Below, piece by piece: positions 1 through 8,284 of a stretch of 42,265 nucleotides of DNA. Source of the stretch: Eubacteriales bacterium (lineage in GTDB: Bacteria > Bacillota > Clostridia > Oscillospirales > UBA644); contig JAZQQT010000154.1 in the NCBI GenBank assembly GCA_045629205.1, positions 1 through 42,265 of the forward strand, given 5' to 3'. Each line of letters starts with the position of its first letter. Positions within the stretch are counted from its first letter, which is position 1. The notes beneath the pieces are model-generated. The model was not told the origin of the DNA, searched no databases, and saw only the letters and a program-made list of their open reading frames with translations. The position numbers and the translations under genes are program-made.

Positions 1-53
1 GGCCTCCGACTTACTCTTTTTCAGATTATTTACCGTTACAAGCGCCATCGTTC

Positions 54-1298
54 TTAAAACTCAAAATGAACGGGCAAGCCGTTTTCTGTCGGTATATTTA
101 TTTCGCCCTGTATCAAAGGCAAAATATATTCAAGCAGTTCATCCGTTACGTTCGTTCCGTCTTTTTCGATATATTTCAAAGGCACGGAAGAAACCTTGTT
201 CGCTATATCACGAACAAACGCTGTTTGAATCTTAACCTGATAATTTACATCCGGCAGTCTTCTGAATACAGACAGTAAACCCTGCATATTTTCGGCAGTC
301 AGAGAATAATCTACTGCTTTTTTACCGATAAGCACAGACTCGTCGATATCCGTTTTGGATTGAAGATGAGCGGCGCAGCGCTGGGGAAGATTAAGTTCGA
401 CAGCTCTGACCTTGCAACCGATTTTTTCTTTAACAAACTGTTCCAGGGCTCTTGCCGCGCCTGCGATGTATTTATGGCCGAAAATATCGACCGCATCAGA
501 GGAAGTTCCTTCACTTACGTATTTACCGTTTGCGTTTTTAATGCCTTCGGATACAGCGACGACAATATCGGGACGTATCTTCTGTAGTTCTTTTATTTTT
601 TCTATAAACAAATCGGCATCAAAAGGAACTTCGGGCAGATAAATCAAATCTGCCGTTCTTTCTCCGAAGAGACGGGGCAATCCTGCCGCAGCGGTAAGCC
701 AACCGGCATCTCTTCCCATTATTTCAACAATAGTGACCGCTTTGACGGTATAAACGGTGCAGTCTCTCGCTATTTCCTGCATAGTCGTGGCAACATATTT
801 TGCCGCGCTGCCGAATCCCGGAGTGTGGTCAGTTCCCATAAGATCGTTATCTATTGTTTTGGGAACGCCCATAAGCTTGATCGAATAATCTATTTTCTGA
901 GCGTAAACCGACAGTTTTGCAACAGTATCCATAGAATCGTTGCCGCCGATATAATAAAAGTATCTGATATTGTATTTTGCAAAAACGGAAAATATTTTCT
1001 CGTATATATCAACATCGTCTCCATCCGGATCGGGAAGTTTAAGTCTGCATGAACCGAGAGCGGAAGAAGGAGTGCTTTCAAGCAGAAAATGCTCTTTGTC
1101 CGACAACTTGGTTATTTTTACGAGATCGTCATTTATAACACCGCTGATTCCGTATCTTGCGCCGTATATACCGCGAACATATTCGTAATTATCAAAAGCG
1201 CCCCTGATTACTCCTGAAAGCGTTGCGTTTATCGCTGCGGTGGGTCCGCCTGACTGCGCTACGATTGCATATCCGTTAAGTCTCGTTATGTCTGTCAT
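54..1298 (-). CDS. pfp: 6-phosphofructokinase, pyrophosphate-dependent type (PFK family)
   Basis: 414-aa ORF with PFK-family motifs SGGPTAAINA, YIGGNDS, PKTIDND and MGRDAG. The Asp in GGNDS and the Lys in PKTIDND are the residues that distinguish PPi-dependent from ATP-dependent PFKs. The ATG (1296-1298) overlaps the trmB stop (1295-1297) as ATGA, implying translational coupling. Confidence 0.85.
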   Translation of the reverse strand: MTDITRLNGYAIVAQSGGPTAAINATLSGVIRGAFDNYEYVRGIYGARYGISGVINDDLVKITKLSDKEHFLLESTPSSALGSCRLKLPDPDGDDVDIYEKIFSVFAKYNIRYFYYIGGNDSMDTVAKLSVYAQKIDYSIKLMGVPKTIDNDLMGTDHTPGFGSAAKYVATTMQEIARDCTVYTVKAVTIVEIMGRDAGWLTAAAGLPRLFGERTADLIYLPEVPFDADLFIEKIKELQKIRPDIVVAVSEGIKNANGKYVSEGTSSDAVDIFGHKYIAGAARALEQFVKEKIGCKVRAVELNLPQRCAAHLQSKTDIDESVLIGKKAVDYSLTAENMQGLLSVFRRLPDVNYQVKIQTAFVRDIANKVSSVPLKYIEKDGTNVTDELLEYILPLIQGEINIPTENGLPVHFEF

Positions 1299-1969
1299 TG
1301 TTCTTCCCTCTTTTCGGTCTTTTTTTCGGATTCCGGTGCAACATACCCCGGTATCGGTTTTGCTTTGAGTGAATATATCGGTTGACCGAGACAGGTAAAT
1401 CTGTCTTCATATTCCGTCGTCGCCGGATTATATATACCGCTGTTATGAAGATCTCTCGTAACATCGAAAAGTTCGTAGCCGTGCGTTGCTATTTCTTCAA
1501 GTGAATAATCAAAAAGCTTTTCATTGTCGGTCTTAAAAAATACATAACCGTCTTCACAAAGCACTTTTCTGTATATTTCGAGAAATGTTCTGTATGTCAG
1601 ACGACGTTTTGCCTGCTTTTTTTTAGGCCAGGGATCCGAGAAATTGAGATATATTACCGAAGCCCTGTGTTCGGAACAAATTTCGTCCAGCGTTTCTGCG
1701 TCACCGAGAAAAAACTTAAGATTGGGTATTTCCGCTTTTGCGGCTTTTTCCGCAGCCATAACCATAACATCAGGCACTTTTTCCACCGCAAAAAACATCA
1801 CTTCGGAGTTTTCCGGAAGTGTTGCCACTGCGCTTATAAATTTTCCTTTTCCGCATCCGACTTCAAGGCGCAATTCACGATTATCTTCGAGCTGCTCGAT
1901 TTTCTCGGTAAAATAATCGCTGACACGCTCAAGTCTCGGTTGAGTATTTTTCTTTTTTCTTGCTCTCAT
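1295..1969 (-). CDS. trmB: tRNA (guanine-N7)-methyltransferase
   Basis: 224-aa ORF with SAM-binding LEVGCGKGKF and the TrmB signature NFSDPWPKKKQAKRRL. Starts 7 nt after the mnmG stop. Confidence 0.9.
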   Translation of the reverse strand: MRARKKKNTQPRLERVSDYFTEKIEQLEDNRELRLEVGCGKGKFISAVATLPENSEVMFFAVEKVPDVMVMAAEKAAKAEIPNLKFFLGDAETLDEICSEHRASVIYLNFSDPWPKKKQAKRRLTYRTFLEIYRKVLCEDGYVFFKTDNEKLFDYSLEEIATHGYELFDVTRDLHNSGIYNPATTEYEDRFTCLGQPIYSLKAKPIPGYVAPESEKKTEKREEQ

Positions 1970-1976
1970 AACAACC

Positions 1977-3845
1977 TTATATCATTTTGAAATATATCAG
2001 AAGAACGGAAATATCGGCAGGACTGACTCCTGAAATACGGCTTGCCTGCCCTATATTCAACGGTTTTAAATTGTTGAGCTTTTCCCGTGCTTCCATTCTC
2101 AATCCCTCGATTAAATCATAATCAAAATCTTCGGGAAGTTTTTTCTCTTCTGCTCTCTTATACTGTTCGACCTGAATAAGCTGGCGTCTGATATATCCTT
2201 CATATCTTATATCGGTTTCAACAAGCTCCGTAATATACTCCGGCAGATCGGGACGATTTGCGTCAACCGGAGCAAGCACATCATAAGACAATTCCGGACG
2301 TTTAATAAGCTCGGCAAGTGATAATCCCGTCGCAGTCCGCGCCGTTCCGGCTTTATCAAGTATCGCAAACAATTTCTCATTCGGAGGAACGAACGTTGTT
2401 TTAAGTCTTTCGATTTCCTGTTTTACCGTTTCCTGCTTTCTCAGATACTTTTCATATCTTTCATCGGAAACAAGACCTATTTCATGACCGATAGGCATTA
2501 GTCTTCTGTCGGCATTATCCTGTCTCAAAAGCAACCGGTATTCCGATCTTGAAGTCATTATTCTGTAAGGTTCATTAGTTCCTTTTGTTACAAGATCATC
2601 TATAAGAGTTCCGATATATGATCCGGATCTGTCGAGTATCATCGGCTCCTTGCCGTCAAGACGTCTGGCAGCGTTTATCCCCGCAACCAGTCCCTGAACT
2701 GCCGCTTCTTCATAGCCCGAAGTTCCGTTAAACTGACCTACTCCGAAAAGAAAAGGTAATTTTTTGAATTCAAGAGAAGCATATAACTGTGTGGGATTAA
2801 TACAGTCATATTCAATGGCATATGCGGTTCTCATTATTTCCGCATGTTCAAATCCCTTGATGGAATGAACCATTTTTATCTGAATTTCTTCAGGCATTGA
2901 AGAAGAAAATCCTCCGAGATACATCTCGTCTGTATCCCTTCCCGTCGGCTCAAGAAAAAGCTGATGTCTTTCCTTATCGGAAAAACGCATGACCTTGGTT
3001 TCGATTGACGGGCAATATCTCGGACCGATCCCTTTTATATCACCGGAATAGATCGGCGATCTGTCTATATTATCCAATATGATTTTATGCGTTTCTTTAT
3101 TTGTGTATGCTATATAACACGGCAAATCGCCATCCGTGCGTTTTTTATCTTCATTGTCAAATGAAAACGGCACTGTTTTTTCATCACCGAACTGTATTTC
3201 CAGTTGCTCCAGATCAACTGAACGTCTGTTGATTCTCGGCGGAGTTCCGGTTTTAAACCGCCGCATTTCTATGCCCATTTTTTCAAGACTTTCGGTAAGT
3301 CCGACCGATGCGAACATTCCGTCAGGGCCGCCGGTGTATGAAACGTCTCCTATAATTATTCTGCCGTTAAGATATGTTCCGGTTGCGAGTATAACAGATT
3401 GAGCAATAATCTCTCCGCCGAGCATAGTTGTAAGTTTATATCCGGCTTTATCCTGTTCAACGGTTTTGATCTCAGCCTGTTTGAGAAACAGATTATCCTG
3501 TTTTTCTATAACCTGTTTCATTATCTGCTGATACTTTCTTCTGTCTGCCTGAATGCGAAGTGAATGGACCGCGGGACCTTTTCCGAGATTAAGCATCCTG
3601 CTTTGCAGAAATACTTTGTCAGCAGCTTTGCCCATTTCCCCGCCGAGTGCATCAAGTTCACGGACGAGATGTCCCTTTGCCGTTCCTCCTATAGAAGGAT
3701 TACACGGCATATTCCCTACCGCGTCCAGATTAATTGTTATCAGATATGTTTTTTTACCGAGTCTGGAAGCGGCAAGAGCGGCTTCTATTCCGCCGTGTCC
3801 GGCGCCAACAACACAAACGTCACAGTTATCAATAAAATGACTCAT
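1977..3845 (-). CDS. mnmG: tRNA uridine 5-carboxymethylaminomethyl modification enzyme MnmG (GidA)
   Basis: 622-aa ORF with N-terminal FAD fold VCVVGAGHGGIEAALAASRLG and full-length GidA-like sequence (GTPPRI, GPRYCPSIE, QINGTSGYEEAA-like motifs). Directly abuts the mnmE stop. Confidence 0.97.
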   Translation of the reverse strand: MSHFIDNCDVCVVGAGHGGIEAALAASRLGKKTYLITINLDAVGNMPCNPSIGGTAKGHLVRELDALGGEMGKAADKVFLQSRMLNLGKGPAVHSLRIQADRRKYQQIMKQVIEKQDNLFLKQAEIKTVEQDKAGYKLTTMLGGEIIAQSVILATGTYLNGRIIIGDVSYTGGPDGMFASVGLTESLEKMGIEMRRFKTGTPPRINRRSVDLEQLEIQFGDEKTVPFSFDNEDKKRTDGDLPCYIAYTNKETHKIILDNIDRSPIYSGDIKGIGPRYCPSIETKVMRFSDKERHQLFLEPTGRDTDEMYLGGFSSSMPEEIQIKMVHSIKGFEHAEIMRTAYAIEYDCINPTQLYASLEFKKLPFLFGVGQFNGTSGYEEAAVQGLVAGINAARRLDGKEPMILDRSGSYIGTLIDDLVTKGTNEPYRIMTSRSEYRLLLRQDNADRRLMPIGHEIGLVSDERYEKYLRKQETVKQEIERLKTTFVPPNEKLFAILDKAGTARTATGLSLAELIKRPELSYDVLAPVDANRPDLPEYITELVETDIRYEGYIRRQLIQVEQYKRAEEKKLPEDFDYDLIEGLRMEAREKLNNLKPLNIGQASRISGVSPADISVLLIYFKMI

Positions 3846-5207
3846 TTATTTCCCCACGCAAAATCTCGAAAAAATGGCTTCGAGCAAATCTTCGTTTACG
3901 CTTTTCCCAACAGTCCGGGCAAGAGCCTCGATTGCATCCTCAATACAGATTTCAAGGACATCCGGAGGAAGTTTGATATCTCCCATGCACTGTTCAAGTG
4001 CTTTTTCGGCGGAAGTAAGACAATTAAACTGTCTTTCATTCATAACGATTTCTCCATTGTTAAAAGACTTTCCGCCTTCAATAACTGATATTATTGCATC
4101 TGTCAATCCGTCGATTCCTTCACCCGTAACAGCCGAAAGAAATACTTTTTTATCAAAAATACCGTAGTCAAAATCCAGTTTGCATTCAGTATCTGTTTTA
4201 TTTATCGCCGCAATTTTTGGAGCGTCGATTTCACTGATTACCGAAATAATCTCTCGGTCTTCATCCGTAAACCTGTCACCGTAATCAAAAACTGTGAGAA
4301 TGATATCCGCTTTTTTTATACTGTTTAATGCTCTTTCAACGCCTATTCTTTCTACGGTATCCTCAGTTTTACGTATTCCGGCAGTGTCTGTAAGTCTGAT
4401 TTTATATCCTCCGAGCGAAACCGTTTCTTCAACCGTATCTCTTGTCGTTCCCTTAATATCTGTAACGATACTTCTGTCAAATCCGGCAAGACGATTCATA
4501 ACCGATGATTTTCCCGCGTTCGGTTTTCCTACTATTGCAACGGAAATACCGTTTTTTATCAGTTTGCCGTTTTCAAAAGATGATGAAAGTTTTTTTATTT
4601 TATCGTATGCATTTGCAAGAGTTTTATAAAGATTTTCCGGCAGCAGCTCTTCTATTTCATCATCCGGATAATCTATAGAAGCCATTATTTGGGCGGAAAC
4701 ACCAAGCAGATCTTCTCGGACTGCATCGATTTCGTTTGAAAGACGTCCGTTCAGATGCGACATTGCTATATCTACTTCTTTTCCGGATTCGGATTCTATG
4801 ATATCTATAATGCTTTCCGCTTTAACGGTATCTATTTTGCCGTTTAAAAATGCCCTTTTTGAAAATTCCCCGCGTTCGGCCTGTCTTGCCCCGTTTTTTA
4901 TCAGCGTTTTGATTATACTGTTTGCAACGTACATACTTCCGTGGCATGATATTTCCACAACATTTTCTCCGGTAAAACTTTTCGGAGCACGGAATACCGA
5001 AACCATGATATCATCCAGAATCTTCTCTCCGTCAGAAATCTTACCGTGAATCACCGTATTCCCTTGTAATTTGGAAATATCTTTATCAAAACATCTTCCT
5101 ACTATATCGATACTGTCTTTCCCGGACATACGAATAACAGCCAACGCCGCCATAAAAGGAGGTGTTGACAATGCGCATATCGTATCTTCGTTAAAAACGG
5201 ATTTCAT
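3846..5207 (-). CDS. mnmE: tRNA modification GTPase MnmE (TrmE)
   Basis: 453-aa ORF with G-domain motifs GKPNAGKSS, DTAGIR and NKTD, and the C-terminal FCVGK (CxGK) motif typical of MnmE. GGAG RBS upstream. Confidence 0.97.
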   Translation of the reverse strand: MKSVFNEDTICALSTPPFMAALAVIRMSGKDSIDIVGRCFDKDISKLQGNTVIHGKISDGEKILDDIMVSVFRAPKSFTGENVVEISCHGSMYVANSIIKTLIKNGARQAERGEFSKRAFLNGKIDTVKAESIIDIIESESGKEVDIAMSHLNGRLSNEIDAVREDLLGVSAQIMASIDYPDDEIEELLPENLYKTLANAYDKIKKLSSSFENGKLIKNGISVAIVGKPNAGKSSVMNRLAGFDRSIVTDIKGTTRDTVEETVSLGGYKIRLTDTAGIRKTEDTVERIGVERALNSIKKADIILTVFDYGDRFTDEDREIISVISEIDAPKIAAINKTDTECKLDFDYGIFDKKVFLSAVTGEGIDGLTDAIISVIEGGKSFNNGEIVMNERQFNCLTSAEKALEQCMGDIKLPPDVLEICIEDAIEALARTVGKSVNEDLLEAIFSRFCVGK

Positions 5208-5230
5208 ATTTCACTCCGAATAAAAAATTC

Positions 5231-5272
5231 ATAAAAGGCAATAAAAGGTGCAGTGGTTTTCCACAGCACCTT
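5231..5272 (-). terminator. Rho-independent terminator downstream of jag
   Basis: Hairpin aaggtgc-a-gtgg / tttt / ccac-a-gcacctt (5245-5272, one internal A:A mismatch). On the minus strand it is followed by a U-rich run (plus-strand ataaaaggcaataaaa, 5231-5246). It lies between the jag stop (5279) and the mnmE start (5207). Confidence 0.6.
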
Positions 5273-5278
5273 CGATTA

Positions 5279-6124
5279 TTATTCTGCTGAACCTTCATCT
5301 TCCGCAGGCTTCGGATAAAGCTGTTTTATCTTCGGTCTTTGGGGTGCAGCCGGTTTGTTTTCTTCGGTTTTGTTTCTGTCGCCGTTATTTCCGCGTCCGC
5401 CGCGACCGCGACCGTTTCTGCCGTTCTGTCCGTTTCTTCCGCCGCGGTTATCCGACTTTTCTTTTCTTTCGCCGTTACCGCGATTTTCTTTTTCGACCTC
5501 ACCGTCTGAACCTTTATACGCGATTACAACTTTTCTTTCGGGTTCGCTGCCGATAGAGAAAGTGGTAATATTATCAAATCCCTGAAGCTTTTCATGAACG
5601 ATTCTTCTCTGATAAGCACTCATGGGTTTCAGAATAACTCTTTTGCGTGTCTTCTGAACCTGTTTTGCGGATTTTACAGCCAATGCCTGAATACGGCTGA
5701 TGGATTTTTCTTTGTAATCATTAATATTGAAATTAATTTTATAGTGCCCGTCGAAAACCTTATTAACGGTAACCGCAAGCAAAAACTGCATCGATTCCAT
5801 TACATCAAATTTTTCGTTGGCAAAAGAATTAAGTTCCTCACCGTCAAGCTGAATATCAATCGTTTCGCCGTTAAGTTTAACGTCCGATTTGAAATCGTTG
5901 ATACCCATCTCGCCGAAAAGGTTATTAAGATAATTTTCAAGATAGGATGCGGGATCATCGTTTATCGAAACTTCGATAATACATTTTTTTGCGCCGATTC
6001 CGAGAAAGCCCTTTGTTTCCTGCTGAATCAGATCGGTATGAAAGTCGGCTCTGTCTTTTTTGAGATCAAGACACGCTGCTTCAAGAGCGGCTTCAAACGT
6101 CTTGCCTTCGTATCTCTTCTTCAT
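5279..6124 (-). CDS. jag: RNA-binding protein Jag/KhpB (Jag_N - KH - R3H) with R/G/N-rich C-terminal tail
   Basis: 281-aa ORF. Jag_N-like N-terminus (GKTFEAALEAACLDL...KGFLGIGAKK) and R3H motif (MSAYQRRIVHEKLQG...GSEPERKVVI). Conserved position downstream of yidC. Residues 205-281 form a low-complexity extension. Confidence 0.9.
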   Translation of the reverse strand: MKKRYEGKTFEAALEAACLDLKKDRADFHTDLIQQETKGFLGIGAKKCIIEVSINDDPASYLENYLNNLFGEMGINDFKSDVKLNGETIDIQLDGEELNSFANEKFDVMESMQFLLAVTVNKVFDGHYKINFNINDYKEKSISRIQALAVKSAKQVQKTRKRVILKPMSAYQRRIVHEKLQGFDNITTFSIGSEPERKVVIAYKGSDGEVEKENRGNGERKEKSDNRGGRNGQNGRNGRGRGGRGNNGDRNKTEENKPAAPQRPKIKQLYPKPAEDEGSAE

Positions 6125-6135
6125 TATTATTCCCT

Positions 6136-7233
6136 TCAGTTGCTCTCGCTGTCGTCTTTTTTAACACTGTTTTCTTCCGGTTCCGTATATATACCGAGAG
6201 CTTTTTCACGTTCGATTTTTTCGATTTGATTGTAATTGAGTTTTTTTTCTTTTTTCGGTTTTTCCTCTTCTTTGTCTTTCACCAGATGAGGAATAAGATA
6301 TGACTGCCCGAGACTGAGCAGATTGGAAGCAATCCAGTAAATACCGACTCCGTATTGGAAAGAAAATGCCATTACCAATGAAATAAGCGGCATTGTGTAA
6401 AGCATAAAGTTCATGCTCTTCGCAGGATCCGCACCTGACACTGCAACTCCGTTTGATTCGTCTACTCTCTTATTGATTTTCTGTGAAAGATAACCTACGA
6501 GAAACGACGTCACACCTGATAAAATCGGAATCAAAACACCCCACTCAAAGGCAAGCTTCGGTGTATCACCGAGATTTAACCCGAGGAATGTCATCTTAAT
6601 ATATTCCGGATAATTTGAAGGTAATAAATCGGTTAACTGTGCACGGTATTCGTTAATTGAATTCAGTAACGAAAGCTGACTGTAATTGATATTATATGTC
6701 TCACCGACTAATCCGCCGAGTTCCTGAATTCTTGCAAATATTTTTTCAAGTCCGGTTACGTCGAAAACGTAAGTCAAAGGATTTCTTATAGAATTCCAAA
6801 GTCCCAAAATAACCGGTAACTGAATAAGTGCAGGAAGGCAACCCGAAGTCGGACTGTAACCTTCTTCGGAATATAATTTCTGGATTTCTTCGTTATATTT
6901 GGGATTTCTTGTATCCCCTTTATATTTTGCCTGCAGCGCCTGAATTTTAGGTTGAAATTTCTGCATCTTGCGTCTGCTTTTTTCCGATTTAACGCCTATC
7001 GGAATCAAACAGAGTCTCGCAATAACGGCAAATAAAATAATAGCGAGGCCGTAATCGTGAACAATCTGATAGCAAAGCCAAAACAGTTTACCCAACGGAT
7101 AATAAATCAATATCATTATATTAAGACCGCTGCCGTTTTGTCCGCAACCGACAAGTGTTAAAACACACAGCAACAGTATTGCGACAAGTAAACCGAATTT
7201 TTTAATTTTTGGCTTGCCTGTTTTTTTATTCAC
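6136..7233 (-). CDS. yidC: Membrane protein insertase YidC/Oxa1 family (SpoIIIJ-like lipoprotein)
   Basis: 365-aa ORF with lipobox LTLVGC after a basic N-terminus, multiple TM segments, a YidC core (GCLPALIQLPVILGLW) and a charged C-terminal tail. Synteny rnpA-yidD-yidC-jag. Confidence 0.92.
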   Translation of the reverse strand: MNKKTGKPKIKKFGLLVAILLLCVLTLVGCGQNGSGLNIMILIYYPLGKLFWLCYQIVHDYGLAIILFAVIARLCLIPIGVKSEKSRRKMQKFQPKIQALQAKYKGDTRNPKYNEEIQKLYSEEGYSPTSGCLPALIQLPVILGLWNSIRNPLTYVFDVTGLEKIFARIQELGGLVGETYNINYSQLSLLNSINEYRAQLTDLLPSNYPEYIKMTFLGLNLGDTPKLAFEWGVLIPILSGVTSFLVGYLSQKINKRVDESNGVAVSGADPAKSMNFMLYTMPLISLVMAFSFQYGVGIYWIASNLLSLGQSYLIPHLVKDKEEEKPKKEKKLNYNQIEKIEREKALGIYTEPEENSVKKDDSESN

Positions 7234-7260
7234 TTCTTACCTCCAAATATGACCGACAGA

Positions 7261-7503
7261 TTATCTGTATTTTTTCAGTTTAATTTCGTTTTTTTCCGGA
7301 ACAGGATCATATCCGCCTTTTGAAAACGGATTACATCTTAAAATTCTGTAAAAAGTCAACACGAATCCTTTTAAAAATCCGTGTTTTTCAAATGCCGTTA
7401 CTCCGTATTCGGAGCATGTAGGATAATACTTACAGCAAGGACGTTTTAACGGTGATATATATTTTTGATAAAATCTGATTATCGAAATCGCGATTTTCCT
7501 CAT
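7261..7503 (-). CDS. yidD: Membrane protein insertion efficiency factor YidD
   Basis: 80-aa ORF with the YidD signature YQKYISPL...[10 protein letters not shown]...[14 protein letters not shown]. Confidence 0.92.
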   Translation of the reverse strand: MRKIAISIIRFYQKYISPLKRPCCKYYPTCSEYGVTAFEKHGFLKGFVLTFYRILRCNPFSKGGYDPVPEKNEIKLKKYR

Positions 7504-7546
7504 TTAATCCTGCCGACAATTTAAACTGCATCTGTCTGCATCAGCG

Positions 7547-7915
7547 TCAGAACGACGCTTCGGAATTTATCACTCCGAGTTTTTTCAGAGAATACTCAAG
7601 ATCTTTTTTAACAACATCAGACGAAAGTGAAGGCGTAATACTGCGAGCTACCATAACAAAATCCCATCCTTCCGGGATAAAACCTTCCGTTTGACGATAT
7701 GCTTCTCTGAAAATTCTTTTACAACGGTTTCTTTTGACGGCACACCCTATTTTTGTGCTGACCGTAAGACCGAGCCTATTAGTAAAAATATGCCCGTTCC
7801 CTGAAAGATTGTTTCTGCAACAGTATATCACAAAAGATCGGCAGACAAAACTTTTTCCTTTTTTATATAAACGATGAAAAAGTTTATTCTCCCGAATATA
7901 ATCCGTTTTCTGCAT
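7547..7915 (-). CDS. rnpA: Ribonuclease P protein component
   Basis: 122-aa basic ORF with the RnpA motif GLTVSTKIGCAVKRNRCKRIFREAYR, immediately downstream of rpmH. Confidence 0.92.
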   Translation of the reverse strand: MQKTDYIRENKLFHRLYKKGKSFVCRSFVIYCCRNNLSGNGHIFTNRLGLTVSTKIGCAVKRNRCKRIFREAYRQTEGFIPEGWDFVMVARSITPSLSSDVVKKDLEYSLKKLGVINSEASF

Positions 7916-7930
7916 TTTTTCGATTCTGAA

Positions 7931-8065
7931 TTACAGAGAAAGCTGTTTTCTGCCTCTTGCTCTTCTTCTGGCAAGTACTTTTCTGCCGTTGGCAGTGCTC
8001 ATTCTCTTACGAAAACCGTGTTCTTTTGAACGCTGTCTTTTTTTGGGCTGATATGTTCTTAACAT
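7931..8065 (-). CDS. rpmH: 50S ribosomal protein L34
   Basis: Absent from the supplied ORF track because it is under 60 aa. My minus-strand translation is [44 protein letters not shown] (44 aa), with ATG = 8063-8065 and TAA = 7931-7933. AAAGGAGAA RBS upstream. Confidence 0.95.
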   Translation of the reverse strand: MLRTYQPKKRQRSKEHGFRKRMSTANGRKVLARRRARGRKQLSL

Positions 8066-8148
8066 TTCATTTTCTCCTTTTCTATGATTTTCCTTATATT
8101 TTCAATTATTTAAAGACATAATTGCCTATTTTAAGGATTCACTTTATA

Positions 8149-8177
8149 ATTATATTGTGTCAAGCCGTTTTTGTCAA
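8149..8177 (-). promoter_or_regulatory. Consensus sigma-A promoter for rpmH operon (TTGACA-17-TATAAT)
   Basis: Minus strand: -35 TTGACA (8172-8177), a 17-nt spacer aaaacggcttgacacaa, and -10 TATAAT (8149-8154). This is about 80 nt upstream of the rpmH ATG. Confidence 0.6.
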
Positions 8178-8227
8178 TAATCAATTCTTAACTTTCTTCA
8201 ACATTTCAGATATTTTTTATTTTACTA

Positions 8228-8256
8228 TTGATATATATATATATATATGATATAAT
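8228..8256 (+). promoter_or_regulatory. Putative dnaA promoter (TTGATA-17-TGaTATAAT)
   Basis: -35 TTGATA (8228-8233), a 17-nt spacer made almost entirely of (AT)n, an extended -10 TG (8248-8249) and TATAAT (8251-8256). AGGTGG RBS at 8275-8280 and the dnaA ATG at 8285. Confidence 0.55.
8231..8248. repeat. (AT)9 dinucleotide microsatellite
   Basis: Perfect atatatatatatatatat read directly from the sequence. It sits in a nearly pure A/T stretch of about 55 nt (8215-8270). Confidence 0.95.
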
Positions 8257-8284
8257 ATAATATATTTGTATTATAGGTGGTATT

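Noticed and set aside
1-53. The sequence left of the pfp stop ends in ...GGAGGCC on the minus strand, a possible RBS for a further minus-strand gene.
   Set aside because: The start codon, if any, lies outside the window, so nothing can be supported from 53 nt.
5594-6229. A 211-aa plus-strand ORF overlapping jag and the 3' end of yidC.
   Set aside because: It is antisense to two well-supported genes, has Phe/Ile/Asn-rich composition typical of the reverse frame in low-GC DNA, and has no RBS.
8215-8270. An A/T-only stretch with (AT)9 and ATAAT repeats, considered as a CRISPR-like or mobile-element remnant.
   Set aside because: It has no repeat-spacer periodicity, no terminal inverted repeats and no adjacent transposase or cas genes. 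It is explained by promoter and DUE-type origin sequence.
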